Below are positions 33,719-45,641 of a DNA stretch of 64,000 nt, in pieces. The notes beneath the pieces were generated by a model. It made no database searches. It was not told the DNA's origin and was given only the letters and a program-made list of their open reading frames with translations. The DNA is taken from NCBI GenBank assembly GCA_963744065.1, contig CAVUSN010000001.1, positions 49,253 to 113,252 on the forward strand, read 5' to 3'. Each line of letters starts with the position of its first letter. Position 1 is the stretch's first letter. The position numbers and the translations under genes were made by a program. The DNA comes from an uncultured Actinomycetes bacterium. Its GTDB lineage: Bacteria; Actinomycetota; Thermoleophilia; Gaiellales; JAICJC01.

Positions 33719-35180
33719 CGCCCTTCCGCCGCCCAGCGTCAGGAGCCGCCCGCGCAGCTCCTCGCGCACCAGCGTCGCGGGCGATCGTCAGCCCCAGCCC
33801 CTCGCTGCGCGTCCGCCGCCGGCCCTCGGCCCTCGTCGGCCACGCACAGCTCGACCTGGTCGCCGTCGCGGCGCAGGCTGCACCGCGATCGCGCCGGCGC
33901 CGTGCTCGACCGCGTTTTGGAACAGCTCGCAGAACACCAGCGCCAGCGCCGTGGCCCGCTGCGCCGGACAGCGTCACCGGCTCCAGCCGTGAGCCCACCG
34001 CGCGCCGCCCAGGCCCTGGCCCAGCATCGCCTCGAGCCGGCCGATCAGCCCGGCGCAGTCGAGCGTCGTCGGCGCCGGTCGAGGTCAGCAGGTCGTGCAC
34101 GGCCGCGATCGACAGGATCCGGTTGACGCTCTCTCGCAGCGCCTTGGCGGCATGCTCGTCGTCAGCGGCCTCGCGCCTGCAGGCGCAGCAGCGAGGCCAC
34201 CGTCTGCAGGTTGTTCTTGACCCGGTGGTGGATCTCCTGGGCCAGCAGCCCGCGCAGCGCCGTGCGGGCGTTCTCGACCGCCGCGGCGGCGGCGTGCGCC
34301 ACCGTTGCCAGAAGCGACAGCTCCTCGGGCGACCAGGCCCGCGGGCGCTGCGCCAGCACGACCAGCGCGCCGGTCGTCCGCTCCTTCCACACCAGCCGGC
34401 TGCACGGCGGCCGTCTCTCCGGCCAGCGGCGCCCGCCCGGCCAGCTCCAGCAACTGAGCGTCGGGCACCAGCTGGCCGGTGCGGTGAGCCACCCGCAGGC
34501 CGTCGTCGGAGGCCAGCACCAGCGCGCACTCGTCGGCCCCCAGGGCCCGCTGCGTACGCTCGCAGATCCCGCGCACGGCCTCGTCCAGGTAGAGCGAGGA
34601 CGAGACAGTGGCGCCGATGTCGGCCAGCGCCTCGAGCTCGGCCACCCGGCGCAGTGAGCGCTCGTACAGCTTGGCGTTCTCGATCGCCTGGCCGACCTGG
34701 CCGGCGATCGCGCGTCAGCAGCGCGATCTCGTCGTCGGCGAACGCGCGCGGCGCGCGGGTGCGCACGTTGAGCGCGCCGTCCAGCCTGTCGCGGGCCAGC
34801 ACGGGCACCGCCAGGATCGACTCGTACTCGTCCTCGGGCAGGTTGGGAAACGACACGAAGCGCGGGTCGAGGTGCGCGGCGTTCGATCAGCGATCGGCTG
34901 CGCGCGGCGCCGCCGCGGCGCCGGTGATGCCCTCCCCAGGCGCCATCCGCGGGCGGTGGGCGGGATCGTCGAAGCGGGCGCCGTGGGTCGCCCGCAGCTC
35001 GAGCAGGTCGCTGGGCTCGTCGTACAGGTAGACGAAGCAGGCGTCGGTGGCCATGCGCGGCCGCCACCTTGGAGGCGATCTGGTGCGAACACCTCGTCCA
35101 GGTCCAGCGACGAGTTGACCGCGGCGATCGTGTCGGTCAGCAGCTGCAGGTGGCGCGCGGCGCGGTCGACGATCAGCCAT
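33700..35180 (-). CDS. cytoplasmic GAF-GAF histidine kinase, HisKA_2 type (PdtaS-like)
   Basis: EIHHRVKNNLQ H-box, RILSIAAVHDLL, GLGLTIA, GAF segments (DACFVYLYD..GEGITG) and no TM segments. Frameshifted. Confidence 0.88.
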
Positions 35181-35200
35181 CGGCTCGAGTGCTAGGCGAG

Positions 35201-35236
35201 GCCGGTCGCCAGGCACGGTGCCTGGCACCGGCCTTT
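35201..35236. repeat. REP-like palindrome copy
   Basis: GCCGGTCGCCAGGCACGGTGCCTGGCACCGGC between glnA and the kinase. Confidence 0.75.
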
Positions 35237-35241
35237 CGCCG

Positions 35242-36617
35242 CTACAGCATCGGCAGGTAGCGGTCCGAGCTCCCACGGCGTGACCTGCACGCGGTACTCG
35301 TCCCACTCGCGCGCGCTTCAGCGCCACCAGCCGGTCGCGCAGCTCGCGGGCCCAGCGCCTTCTCGACCAGCTCGGACTCCTCGGCGGCCGCGATCGCCTC
35401 GCCCAGCGACTCGGGCAGCGACTCGATGCCCAGCGACCGTGCGCTCGGGCGCCGTCAGCTCGTAGAGGTTGGTCTCCATCGGGTCGGGCAGCTCGTAGCC
35501 GCGCTCGATCCCCTCCAGCCCGGCGTGCAGCAGCCCGGCGAAGGCCAGGTACGGGTTGCAGGACGGGATCGGGGCAGCGGATCTCGGCCCGGGTCGCCTT
35601 CTCCTTGCCGGGGTGGTACAGCGGCACCCGGATCAGCGCCGAGCGGTTGCGCCGCGACCAGGCGACGTACACCGGCGCCTCGTAGCCCGGCACCAGCCGC
35701 TTGTAGCTGTTCACCCACTGCGCGAACAGCAGCGAGATCTCGCGGGCGTGGCGCAGCTGGCCGGCGATGAAGCTCTTGGCCACGTCGGACAGGTACCAGC
35801 GGTCGTCGGCGTCGAAGAACGCGTTCGAGTCGCCGATGAACAGCGACTGGTGGGTGTGCATGCCCGAGCCGTTCTCGCCGAACAGCGGCTTGGGCATGAA
35901 GGTGGCGTGCACGCCGTGCTGCTGGGCCACCTCCTTGACCAGCGAGCGGTAGGTCATGCAGTGGTCGGCCATCTCCAGCGCGTCGGCGTAGCGGATGTCG
36001 ATCTCGTGCTGGCTGGGGCCGACCTCGTGGTGCAGGTACTCGACCGGGATGCCCATCTCCTCGAGCGCCAGCACGATCTCCTTGCGCAGGTCGACCGCGG
36101 CGTCCACGCGTCGTGTCCTCGAAGTAGCCGCCGGCGTCCAGCGTGTGCGGCCGGCCGTGCTCGTCCAGCCTGAAGTAGGAAGAACTCGAGCTCGGGCCCG
36201 ATCTTGAAGCAGTCGAAGCCCAGCGACTGCATCCGGTCGAGCGCGCTGCGCAGCACGTGCCGGCGAGTCGGCCTCGTACGGCTCGCCGTCGGGCGTGCGC
36301 ACGTCGCAGAACATGCGCGCCACCGACGTGCTCGCCCGACTGCCGCGGCAGCATCCGGAAGGTGGCGGGATCGGGCATCGCGATCATGTCCGACTCCTCG
36401 ATCGCGTTGAAGCCGGTGACCGACGAGCCGTCGAAGCCCATCCCGTGCTCGAGCGCGTCCTCCAGCTCGTCGCGCGTGATGGCGAAGCTCTTCAGCCGGC
36501 CCACCACGTCGGTGAACCACAGCCGGATGAACTTGATCTCGCGCCTGCGTCGACCTCGCGCAGCACCTCGCTCGCGCGCCTCGGCGGCTCAGCGCCGGTG
36601 TCGTCGATCGTCGCCAT
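35242..36617 (-). CDS. glnA: type I glutamine synthetase (GSI-alpha-like), frameshifted in assembly
   Basis: GRLKSFAI, GFDGSSV.GF..IEESDM, HHEVGPSQHEID, ATFMPKPLFGENGSGMHTHQSL, NSYKRLVPGYEAP and NRSALIRVP. Confidence 0.93.
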
Positions 36618-36647
36618 CGTCGCTCCCTTCTCCCGGTTTCCGGGCAC

Positions 36648-36694
36648 AAAAAAACGCCCCCAGGTGGCACCGCGTGGGGTCACTTGGAGGCGTC
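36648..36694 (-). terminator. intrinsic terminator in glnA leader
   Basis: GACGCCTCCA pairs with TGGGGGCGTT, and the stem runs into a T7 tract about 30 nt before the glnA start. Confidence 0.8.
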
Positions 36695-36724
36695 ATCGCC
36701 TCGTCGCGGCCGCCGCCATTGCCG
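36687..36724 (-). promoter_or_regulatory. ANTAR-target dual-hairpin RNA (antiterminator)
   Basis: CGGC-AATGGC-GGCG, 8-nt linker, GAGGC-GATGAC-GCCTC. Both hexaloops have purine at position 1 and G at position 4. Hairpin 2 overlaps the terminator 5' arm. Confidence 0.8.
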
Positions 36725-36762
36725 ACCGACTCGAGCAGCAAGCCTACGCGGATCAGGCGCGG

Positions 36763-38880
36763 TCAGGCTGCGACCCGGCCTCGATCGACGGCGATCAGGG
36801 CAGTCGACCACCGTCGGGGTCGAAGTGCGCTGCCGGCGCAGCGGCGCAGCTCCGGCATCGCCTCCGGCGATCGTCCAGCGCGCCTGCGGTACACGCGGTC
36901 GGAGGTCATCGCGTGGTAGGCGTCGCAGGCCAGGATGACGCGCGCGCCCAGCGGGATCTCGTCGCCGGCCAGGCCGAGCGGATAGCCGCTGCCGTCCCAG
37001 TGCTCGTGGCAGGCGATCACCAGCTCGCGGGCGCCGGCCAGCGCCGGCACCGGCTCGATGATGCGCGCGCCCAGCTCCGGATGCGGCTTCATCACCTCGC
37101 ACTCCTCGTCCGTCAGCGGCGCCGGGCTTGTTCAGGATCTCGGCCGGGATCCCGATCTTGCCGATGTCGTGCAGGGCGGCGGCCAAGCTGACGTCGCGCA
37201 GCTGCGGCGCCGGACACGCCCGAGCCGGTCGGCGACCGTCGGTGCACAGCCCGACCAGCGCCTGGGCGTGGTCGTCGGTGTAGCTCGTCCTTCGGCGTCG
37301 AGCGCGTTGGCGAGCGCCTCGCACGGTGGCCAGGAACGAGTCGTCGAGCTCGTCGTAGAGCGCGCGGTTGGTGATCGCCAGCAGCGCCTGGTCGGCGATG
37401 CCGAGCAGCATCTGCTCGTCGCGCGAGCGGGGCGGCCCGCGGCGCGGCCCGCGCTGCACGACGATCAGCGCCGCGGTTGGCCGACCGCTCGCCGATCGCG
37501 ACCACCGCGAACGTCGATGCCCGGCGGGAGCGGCGTCCAGCCGGCCGGCCAGCGGCCGCGGCCGGTCGACGTCGAGCACCGTCACGCCGCGCCGCTGCAG
37601 CGCCTGGCCGACAGGGCGCGGCCAGCGCGACCAGGAGCCGATCTCGGTCAGCCGCTCGTTCTCGCGCGGCGTGTAGCCGACGTGGCGCGGCCAGGCGCAG
37701 CCGGTCGCCGTCGCGCAGCCAGACCGAGAGCGCGGCGCACTCGACCAGCCGGTCGATGCGCGCGGCGCCAGCATCGGGCGATGCCGTCGACGCTCGGTCT
37801 GCAGCGACAGCGCCGCGCCCAGCTCGAGCAGCGCCTCCGAGACCTCGCGCCGCCTCGTGCTGCTCGGCGTGCAGGCGCACGCTGCTCGCAGGCGACGGCG
37901 CCGTCGCGGCGACCACGCTCGCAGCAGACGCAGGTCGTCGTCGTCGAACCGGTCGAGGCCCTCCTTGGACGAGCACGATCACGCCCATCGGCTCCGTCCT
38001 GCCGCCAGCATCGGCGCGACCAGCATCGACTCGTCGACAGCGTCGTCTCGAGCGCTCCCCAGCAGCATCCGACTCCAGCCGCGCGTTGGCGATCCTGCGC
38101 GAGATGCGCTCGTCGATGGCACGCCCAGCCAGGCGCTCGACGGCGCTGCGTCGTCGCTCCCCGCCAGTTCGTCTGGACGCCGCGTCCGAGCGGGCACGAC
38201 CGTCAGATCCCGGCCGGACGGCGCGGTCAGGTAGAACCGGCAGGCGTCGACCGACCAGCTCGCTGATGCGCGTCCACCATCTCCTGCGCCACCTCGACCT
38301 CGGACCGGAGCCCGGCCAGGGCCCCGGCCAGCTCCTGGAGCCACCATCCGCTCGCCAGCCGGCCGTGCGACGCCGGCGGAGGTGGGCTGCTGCAGCGCGG
38401 CGGCGCTGCAACTGCCTCGCGTGGGCTGCCGCCACCAGCCGCGCGCAGGCCAGGTCATCGGCCGACAGCAGCCTGCCGGAGCGGGCTGACCCGATCACAA
38501 ACAGGCTGTGCCCCGGTCCGTCGGGCAGCCGCACGACCACCAGCACGTAGCGGCCATCGCGGGCCTGGCTGACCTCATCCACCGCCGCATCGGCCAGCAC
38601 CCGCAGCCGCTGCGCGCCCAGCCGGCCGGCGGCGGCGCCCGACCGCGCCCACCGGGCCAGCACCTGCATATCGACCGGCGAGCCCTCCAGCACCCAGGCC
38701 GCGTCCAGGCCCAGCAGCTCGACCAGCGCGCGGCAGGCGGCCACCGGCAGCGGTTCGGGACAGGCTGCCGACCGCCGAGCTGACCTCGGCCAGCCGGCGC
38801 AGCCGGGTGGGCGCCGAGGTGGCCTCGCGGCGAGCCTCTCCCAGCGACGCCGTGAGGTCGGAGCCATTCGTCCGAGCCAT
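36763..38880 (-). CDS. multi-GAF HD-GYP domain protein (c-di-GMP phosphodiesterase-like), heavily frameshifted
   Basis: LHDIGKIG, ILNKP, HEHWDGSGYP and CDAYHAMTSDRVY, with GAF-like segments upstream. Confidence 0.8.
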
Positions 38881-38953
38881 CAGGCGCAGGAAGCCTAGGA
38901 GCCTGCATCGGGCCCGTCCATCCCCGCATCGCCGTACGCCGGGATTCGGGCAA

Positions 38954-39950
38954 CTAGATGGGTCGATCAGCGACGTAAACGCTCGCGGCCACCAGCGCCG
39001 ACGCCGGAAGGGTCAGAACCCAGGCGACCACGATGTTCGCCGCCACGCCCCAGCGCACCGCCGACAGCTTGGTGGTGGCTCCGGCGCCCATCACCGACCC
39101 CGAGATCACCTGGGTGGTCGAGATCGGAAAACCGCTGCGCGCCGTGTACCACAGCACCAGGCTGGCCGTTGTCTGGGCGGCGAACCCCTGCGGCGGCTCG
39201 AGCTTGAAGATCCGCGTGCCCATGGTGCGCATGATCCGCCACCCGCCCACGTAGGTGCCGATGCCCATGGCCAGCCCCGAGCCGCAGCTTCACGTACCAG
39301 GGGATGTAGAAGGAGTCGATGTGGTGGGTGGAGAGCAGCGCCAGGGCGATCACACCCATCGTCTTCTGGGCGTCGTTGGTGCCGTGCAGGAACGCCATCA
39401 GGCTGCCCGAGGCGATCTGAGCCACGCCGGAATCCGCGGTTCAGCGGCGCCGGCCGAACCCGCCGGAACCCCCACAGGATCGACCAGCATCACCACGCCC
39501 GGCGAGCACGAAGCCGATCAGCGGACTCTGGATGGCCGGCACGATCGACCTTGTGCCAGATCCCGCCCCAGTCGACCGCGCGCGGTGCCGTCGGCGGCCA
39601 CCGCCGCGCCGACCAGCCCGCCGATCAGCGCATGCGACGACGAGGACGGCAGGCCCATCTACCAGGTCACCAGGTTCCAGGACGATGGCGCCCAAGCAGC
39701 GCCGCCACCAGCACCTGCACGGTCACTCTGCGCCGGGTCAGACCAGGCCGCTGCCGACGGTCTTGGCGACGGCGGTCCAGACGAACGCGCCCGCGCAGGT
39801 TCATGACGGCCGCGATCAGCACCGCCAGGCGCGGCGTCAGCGCGCGGGTCGAGACCGTGGTGGCGACCGCGTTGGCGGTGTCGTGGAAGCCGTTGGTGAA
39901 GTCGAAGCCGACCGCGACGACGATCACCAGCCACAGCAGCCGTCGGTCAT
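38954..39950 (-). CDS. PiT family inorganic phosphate transporter, frameshifted
   Basis: FDFTNGFHDTANAVAT, HGTNDAQKTMG, GGWRIMRTMG and PISTT. Confidence 0.92.
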
Positions 39951-40573
39951 CGGTTCTTGAGATAGACGCTCTCCAGCACGTGGGCCGCGTGCTCGCAGCC
40001 GTCGACGGCCTGCTCGAGGTCCTCGTGGATGTCCTTCCAGCGGATCACGACCAGCGGGTCCAGGCCGTCCGAGAACAGGTTGGCCGTGCGCCTTGCGCAG
40101 ACAGCCGGTCGCCCTCGTCCTCGAGCGTGTGGATCTCGACCAGGAGCGTGCTCGACATCGCGCAGGCCGTTCAGTCCCGCCACCGCGTCGGCCAGCTTGG
40201 ACGACCGCCCGCAGGATCACCCCGGCCTGGTCGATGGCCTCGGCGCGGCACCTCCTCGACGCCGTACAGGTTGAGCTCGTCGGCCACCTCATCCATGAAG
40301 TCGCAGATGTCGTCCAGGGCCGTGCACAGGTCGTAGATGTCCTCGCGGTCGATGGGCGTGATGAACGTCTTGTGCAGCGGCTGGACGATCTCGTGGGTGA
40401 CGCTGGTCGCCCTCGTGCTCGCGGTCCTTGATCTCGGCCACCAGCCCGCTGCGGTCGGGATAGTGCTCGAGCAACTCGAGCAGGAGCTCGCGCCGTCGCC
40501 ACCAGGTTGCCGGGCCGCCGGTCGAACAGCGCGTAGAACTCGCGGTTTGGGGTACCAGTCGGATCCGGACCAC
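39947..40573 (-). CDS. DUF47 (PhoU-like) Pit accessory protein, frameshifted
   Basis: EHEGD, TFITPIDREDI..L...LDDI and IRWKDI.E.LE.AVD.CE. Confidence 0.9.
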
Positions 40574-40858
40574 GCCGCCACGATACAGGGTCGGCTGCTT
40601 GGGGCCGCCGGATGGCAGGCCCGGGCGCCGTCCGGACCGATCGCAATACTCAACTCGCCGTCGTGGATCCCCACCAGACCAGCACCGACCCTGTTCGCGG
40701 CGGCGCCGCCACCTGCACGCACCCCTCACCGCGCGAGTGGTGCGAGTGGTGGCCGTGGTCGACCGCGGTGCCCTCCGTGCCGTCTACGGCCGCCAACCCC
40801 ACCTGCGGCCGGCCGGCCGGCGCCATCTGCACGCACACCCGGCGGCGCTGACGCAGTT

Positions 40859-41281
40859 TCAGTGGGGCTCGAGGTGGGGCACCGGGCGGGTCAGGAACTC
40901 GCCCTGCAACGTGTAGCCGCGGCTGCGGTAGAAGTCCGCCGCCCGCTCGTCCACCCCGGCGGCCGCCACCGCCACCCGGCGCAGGCTGCGGCTGGCGGTG
41001 TAGCCCTCTGCCCAGTCCAGCAGGGCGTGGCCGACATGCCGGCCCTGGTCGGCCGGGGGCACCACCAGCCGGTCGACGAGCAGCGCGTCACCGGCCTGGC
41101 GGAGGGCCAGGAAGCCGGCCGGGTGGCCGCTCAACTCCGCCACGAAGACCACGTCATAGGGCTGCTCGGGAGCCGCCAGCCGCTCGCCGGCAGCGTCCAG
41201 CTCTGGCACCACCTCGGCCACCAAGCGGCCCAGCGCCGGATCGTCGCCGGGCCGCCGCTCGCGAATCACCAGCCCGCTCAC
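40859..41281 (-). CDS. GNAT family N-acetyltransferase
   Basis: V.P..QGRHVG..LL and A..FY..RGY motifs. Confidence 0.82.
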   Translation of the reverse strand: MSGLVIRERRPGDDPALGRLVAEVVPELDAAGERLAAPEQPYDVVFVAELSGHPAGFLALRQAGDALLVDRLVVPPADQGRHVGHALLDWAEGYTASRSLRRVAVAAAGVDERAADFYRSRGYTLQGEFLTRPVPHLEPH

Positions 41282-41302
41282 CCCAACCTCCCCACCGGGC
41301 GG

Positions 41303-41785
41303 TCAGACCGCGCCGGTGGCGACGTCGAGGGCCCGCCGCTCCTCGGGCGACAGCTCCACGTCGCTCTCCCCGTCGCGCACGTCCTTGACGTAGATCCTGG
41401 CATAGTCGCGGCCCTGAATCGCTGACAGCACAATCCCGGACCCGGAGGCGTCGATGACCGCGATGGTCGCCGACTGCTTGCCGCCGGATCCCTCCAGCGC
41501 ATCGTACCGCAGCAGGGCGCGGCGCTGAAGGCAGCCGTCGACCCGCGCCGTGGTGGCCGCCACCTGCTGTTCGACCTGGCCGGCGCGACCTTCGACCTGC
41601 TCAACCCGGGCCAGCAGGCCGACCGCGTACTCCACCAGGTCGTGGGTGTCGGTACCGACCACCATCCGCATGTTGCGGCGCATCCGGCGCAGCACGACCA
41701 GCAGGTAGAGGGTGCACAGGAGCAGCACCCCTGCGGCCACGGCAGCAGCGATCGCCACGTACATCGCGGTATCAGTTCTGGTCAT
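41303..41785 (-). CDS. DUF4446 family protein
   Basis: N-terminal TM, RYDA..GG.QS, GRD.ARIYVK and LSPEE. Confidence 0.85.
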   Translation of the reverse strand: MTRTDTAMYVAIAAAVAAGVLLLCTLYLLVVLRRMRRNMRMVVGTDTHDLVEYAVGLLARVEQVEGRAGQVEQQVAATTARVDGCLQRRALLRYDALEGSGGKQSATIAVIDASGSGIVLSAIQGRDYARIYVKDVRDGESDVELSPEERRALDVATGAV

Positions 41786-43002
41786 CCTGCGACCAGGAAG
41801 GTGACTTGGAGGTCGCCTGGTTGTTGGACAGGATCTTCTCGCCCGGCACCGGCCCGGCCGCCACCGTCATCGTGTACGGCTGGTTGTACAGCGGCTTGTT
41901 GGTAGCTGTGAAGAAGCCGCCGATGAGGATGGGGGCGCTCGCGCCGCGCAGGATCGAGCCGATGATGGCGGTCTTCTGGAGCGCCGTCGAGTGAGCGGTG
42001 GTGAGGGTCAGTTTGACCGGGACACTGACCTCTTCGAAGTGGCCGTTGTCTTTGATCACGATCCGGAACGAGGTCGGTCACACCGGGATGCGATTCAGCT
42101 GCCCGGGCACGAGCATCTTTCCAGTCGGCTCCGCCGTCACCGACACCAGCTCGATGCCGTGGAGCCCCTGACCGAGCCGGGCTTCAACCGCGACAGCACG
42201 TCCCCGAAGCCGGGCGCCAGCACCAGGGGCGTGTCCGCCTCCTGGAGGAACCGCGAGGTCGGCACCTGGGCGACGATCTTGTCCTGATGCAGGATCACGG
42301 TCGCCGCCGTGTAGAACGAATCGGCGTAGATCACGTCCGAGGCCAGCAGCTTCTGGGTGCACCCCGCCACTCCCGCGCCCCGGCCCGTGACGACTTGAGG
42401 TGGGCCGCCGGCACCACCGTCTTGACCAGGCACTCGAGCCCGTTGACCCGGTACTGCAGCGCCTGCAGCAGGAACGGCTGCACATCCGCCAGCTGGTTGG
42501 TCGGCTTGATGGCCTGGGCCTGTCAACCAACGCCTGGGACTGGGTGACCTCGAGCTGCAGCTCGTGGTGGACCTTGGTCGGGGTCTGTGGGTCGATCATC
42601 AGCTTGTGGAACTCGGTGCCCAGCTGGTCGGACTTGGTCAAGACGGCGGACACCGCGGTGAAGTAGGCCGCGGTCGGGCTGGAGCCACTGCCACCGCCGT
42701 TGAACGCCAGATACGCGATCACGATCAGCACCAGGATGCCGCCGCCCAGCAGCGCCAGCCGGCCGTACTCGAGCTGGCCCGTTCGCTGGCCCAGCGGCCG
42801 GCGGCCGCCGCCTCCACCACCTCGACCACCGCCCAGCCGGAACCCGCCGGGCACGCGGCCGCCGGGACGGCCGCGGCCGATCGCCAGGCGGAGGGGCCTG
42901 GGGACCGTTGGAGGGCGCGCCGCCCGCAGGTCGAGTGGCGGCCGTCTCCTGGGTCTTGCTCGGCTCCTCCCAGTCCTCGTCGAAGAAGTCTTCAGGAGGC
43001 AC
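41782..43002 (-). CDS. hypothetical membrane-anchored protein with acidic N-terminus and Ig/CARDB-like C-terminus, frameshifted
   Basis: PPEDFFDEDWEEP, single TM, and C-terminal PVPGEKILSNN in several frames. Confidence 0.6.
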
Positions 43003-43109
43003 AAAAGTCACACTACCACGGTCTACGGACAGGGATTTGCAGGACTCCGGCCCTGCTCGCCAATCCCTGCGCCGTGGCGCAACCCGCTCAGCTTGACCCC
43101 GGATCCGAT

Positions 43110-44759
43110 ATGTCCGGTCGCACCGTGGCCGGACGCTACGAGCTCCAGGAGATGCTCGGCAAGGGCGGATTCGGCGTCGGTCTACTCCGGACGCGACGCC
43201 GAGCGGCACCCGCTCGGTCGCCGTCAAGGTGTTCCGCCGCAGCGAGGGCCTGGCCGCGCGGGCCGAGCGCGAGGCCCGCACCGCGTCGAAGCTCGACCCA
43301 CCCCAACATCCACACCGTGCGTCGGGGTCGAGTCCGACGACGACAACGCCTATCTGATCTCCGAGCTGGTGGTGGGTGAGCGCTTCGACCGCTCCGAGCT
43401 GACCGACGAGCAGGCCGTGCGCGCGATCGCCGCGGTCGCCGACGCGCTCGCCCACGCGCACTCGCGCGGGGTGGTGCACCGCGACGTCAAACCCGCCAAC
43501 ATCCTGGTCTCGACCGACGGCGAGGTGTGCCTGACCGACTTCGGGATCGCCCGCGACGACGACGCCATCGAGACGACCTCGGGAGAGCGGCTGATGGGCA
43601 CGCTCTCCTACATGGCCCCCGAGCAGGCGGCCGGCGAGCGCGCCTCCGGCGCGACCGACGTGTGGGCCGCGGCGCTGACGCTGTACTCGCACCTGGCCGG
43701 GCGCAACCCGTTCAAGGCCCGCACCCTGCCCGATCTGCTGGAGAAGCTGCGCGAGGGCGCCCGGCCGCTGCCGAGACCCGCCCCGACATACCCAAGCGCG
43801 CTCTCGGACACGCTCGCGCGGGCGCTCGACCACGACCCCCGCAAGCGACCCGGACGCCGCCGAGCTGCGCGACCGGCTGCTGGGCGCTGCATCCGGCCCC
43901 GAGCCGGACGAGCCGTCGAGTGGCCGATGACGCCCGCCGCGAGCCGCGCGGCGGCCGCGAGTCCACCGGCGCTCGACGCCCTGGCCAGCCCGCTCAGCCG
44001 GCCGGAGCGCTGACTCGGCGTCGCGGCCACCACCGACGCTGTTCGTGCTGACCACCTTCCCGGTCTATCCCGACGCCAGTGGTCGCTGCCGCTGGCCGTG
44101 CTCCTGGGCGTCGCTGGCCTGGTTTCGGCCGCTGACCGCGCTGACCGCCGGCGCGGTGCTGTGCGTGCCCGCGTTCTGGAACCTCGCCGAGGCGGCAGGC
44201 CTGTTGTGGATCGGCATGGCCGCGATCTGGATCCGGATGGCGCGCGACTGGGGCCGGAACCGCGCCGGCTGGCCCCGCTGCTGGCCGTGGCCGCTGTCGC
44301 TCATCGGTCTGGGCCCGGCCTTCGTGCTGGTCGCCGCGACCGCCCCCACCCACCGGCGCCGGATCGCCGAGGCGACGCTGGGAGCGGTGATCGTGCTCGT
44401 CAGCCGGCAGGCTCGTCCCCGCCACGGCGACCCGCAACGTGGCCGGGGCCAACGACCCGCTGGTGTACCTGGGAGTGCTTGCCCAGCGCCCCCGAGGCGC
44501 TGGCGGTCGCCGTCGCCATGATCGTGTTCGCAGCGCATCCTGCCGCCGCGCCTGGCACGCAGCCGTGCGGGCCGGCGCGCGCAGGCGGTGGCGCTGTGGG
44601 GCATGGGCTTCGGGCTGGTCGATGATCGCGGTGCCCGCTGCTGTCGGGATCCAGCGGGTCAGGCGCTGGCAGCAAGCGGCATTGGTCGCGGCATGCGTCG
44701 CGGCTATAATCCCGGCCGCCTGGGCGCTGGTGCTCCCGCGGGTCAGCTTCGGTCGGTGA
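43110..44759 (+). CDS. Hanks-type Ser/Thr kinase with C-terminal multi-TM region, frameshifted
   Basis: GRYEL..LGKGG, HRDVKPANIL, DFGIA, GTLSYMAPEQ and DVWA. Confidence 0.85.
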
Positions 44760-44804
44760 ACCCGGTGCAGCTCGTGAGCGCCGGACCTCCACCCCCCATC
44801 CAGT

Positions 44805-45641
44805 ATGAGCGTTCTTCGCAACATCGAGCGAAAGATCGGCGACCTGGTCGAGGGGGCGTTTGGACGAACGCTTCCGCTCGGGGGTGCAACCGGTCGAACT
44901 GGCGCGCAAACTCGCCAAGGAGATGGACGATCACCGCACCATCTCGATCCACCGCGTGTACGTGCCCAACGACTACACGGTGCACCTCAACCCGGAGGAT
45001 CGCGAGCAGTTCGCCGCCTACGAGCAGCAGATGACCAACGAGCTCGAGGAGTACCTGGTCCGAGCACGCCCGGCGCGAGGGCTACAGCCTCACGACCCGG
45101 CCGCGGGTGTCGCTCGAGACCGAGCCGGAGCTGACGGTCGGCCTGTTCGGGATCTCGGTCGAGAGCAGCGACCGACGGCGACGGAGCCGCGCGGCCGGGC
45201 CGCGCCCGCCGCACGCCGCCGCTGCCGCCGCCCCCGGTGCCGCCGCTGGTGCCCCGCCGCTCGAGCCTCCGCCGCCGCCGACGAGCCAGACGATGGTGTA
45301 CGCGCCCGACCGACCCCGAGACCCGCCGCCCGAGCCCGAGCCCCGCCGACCGAGGTCGCCACGCTCGAGCTGGGAGCGGCGAGACGCTCGAGCTGACCGC
45401 GCCAGGTGCTCGACGATCGGCCGCTCCAGTCGAGCTGCGCGATCGTGCTGCACGATCGCCAACGTCTCGCGCCGGCACGCCGAGATCCGGCGGATCGGCG
45501 AGGGCTACTCGCTGGTCGACCTGGGATCGACCAACGGCACCGAGGTCAACGGCCTCAGCGGTCAGCGAGACGGCGCTGATGAACGGGGATGTGATCAGCG
45601 TGGGCCAGACCAAGCTCACGTTCGAGCGCCGCCTTGGTTGA
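44805..45641 (+). CDS. fhaA: FhaA (DUF3662 + FHA), frameshifted
   Basis: VQPVELARKLAKEMD, VPNDY.V.L and NVSRRHAEI..DLGSTNGT.VNG. Confidence 0.88.
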
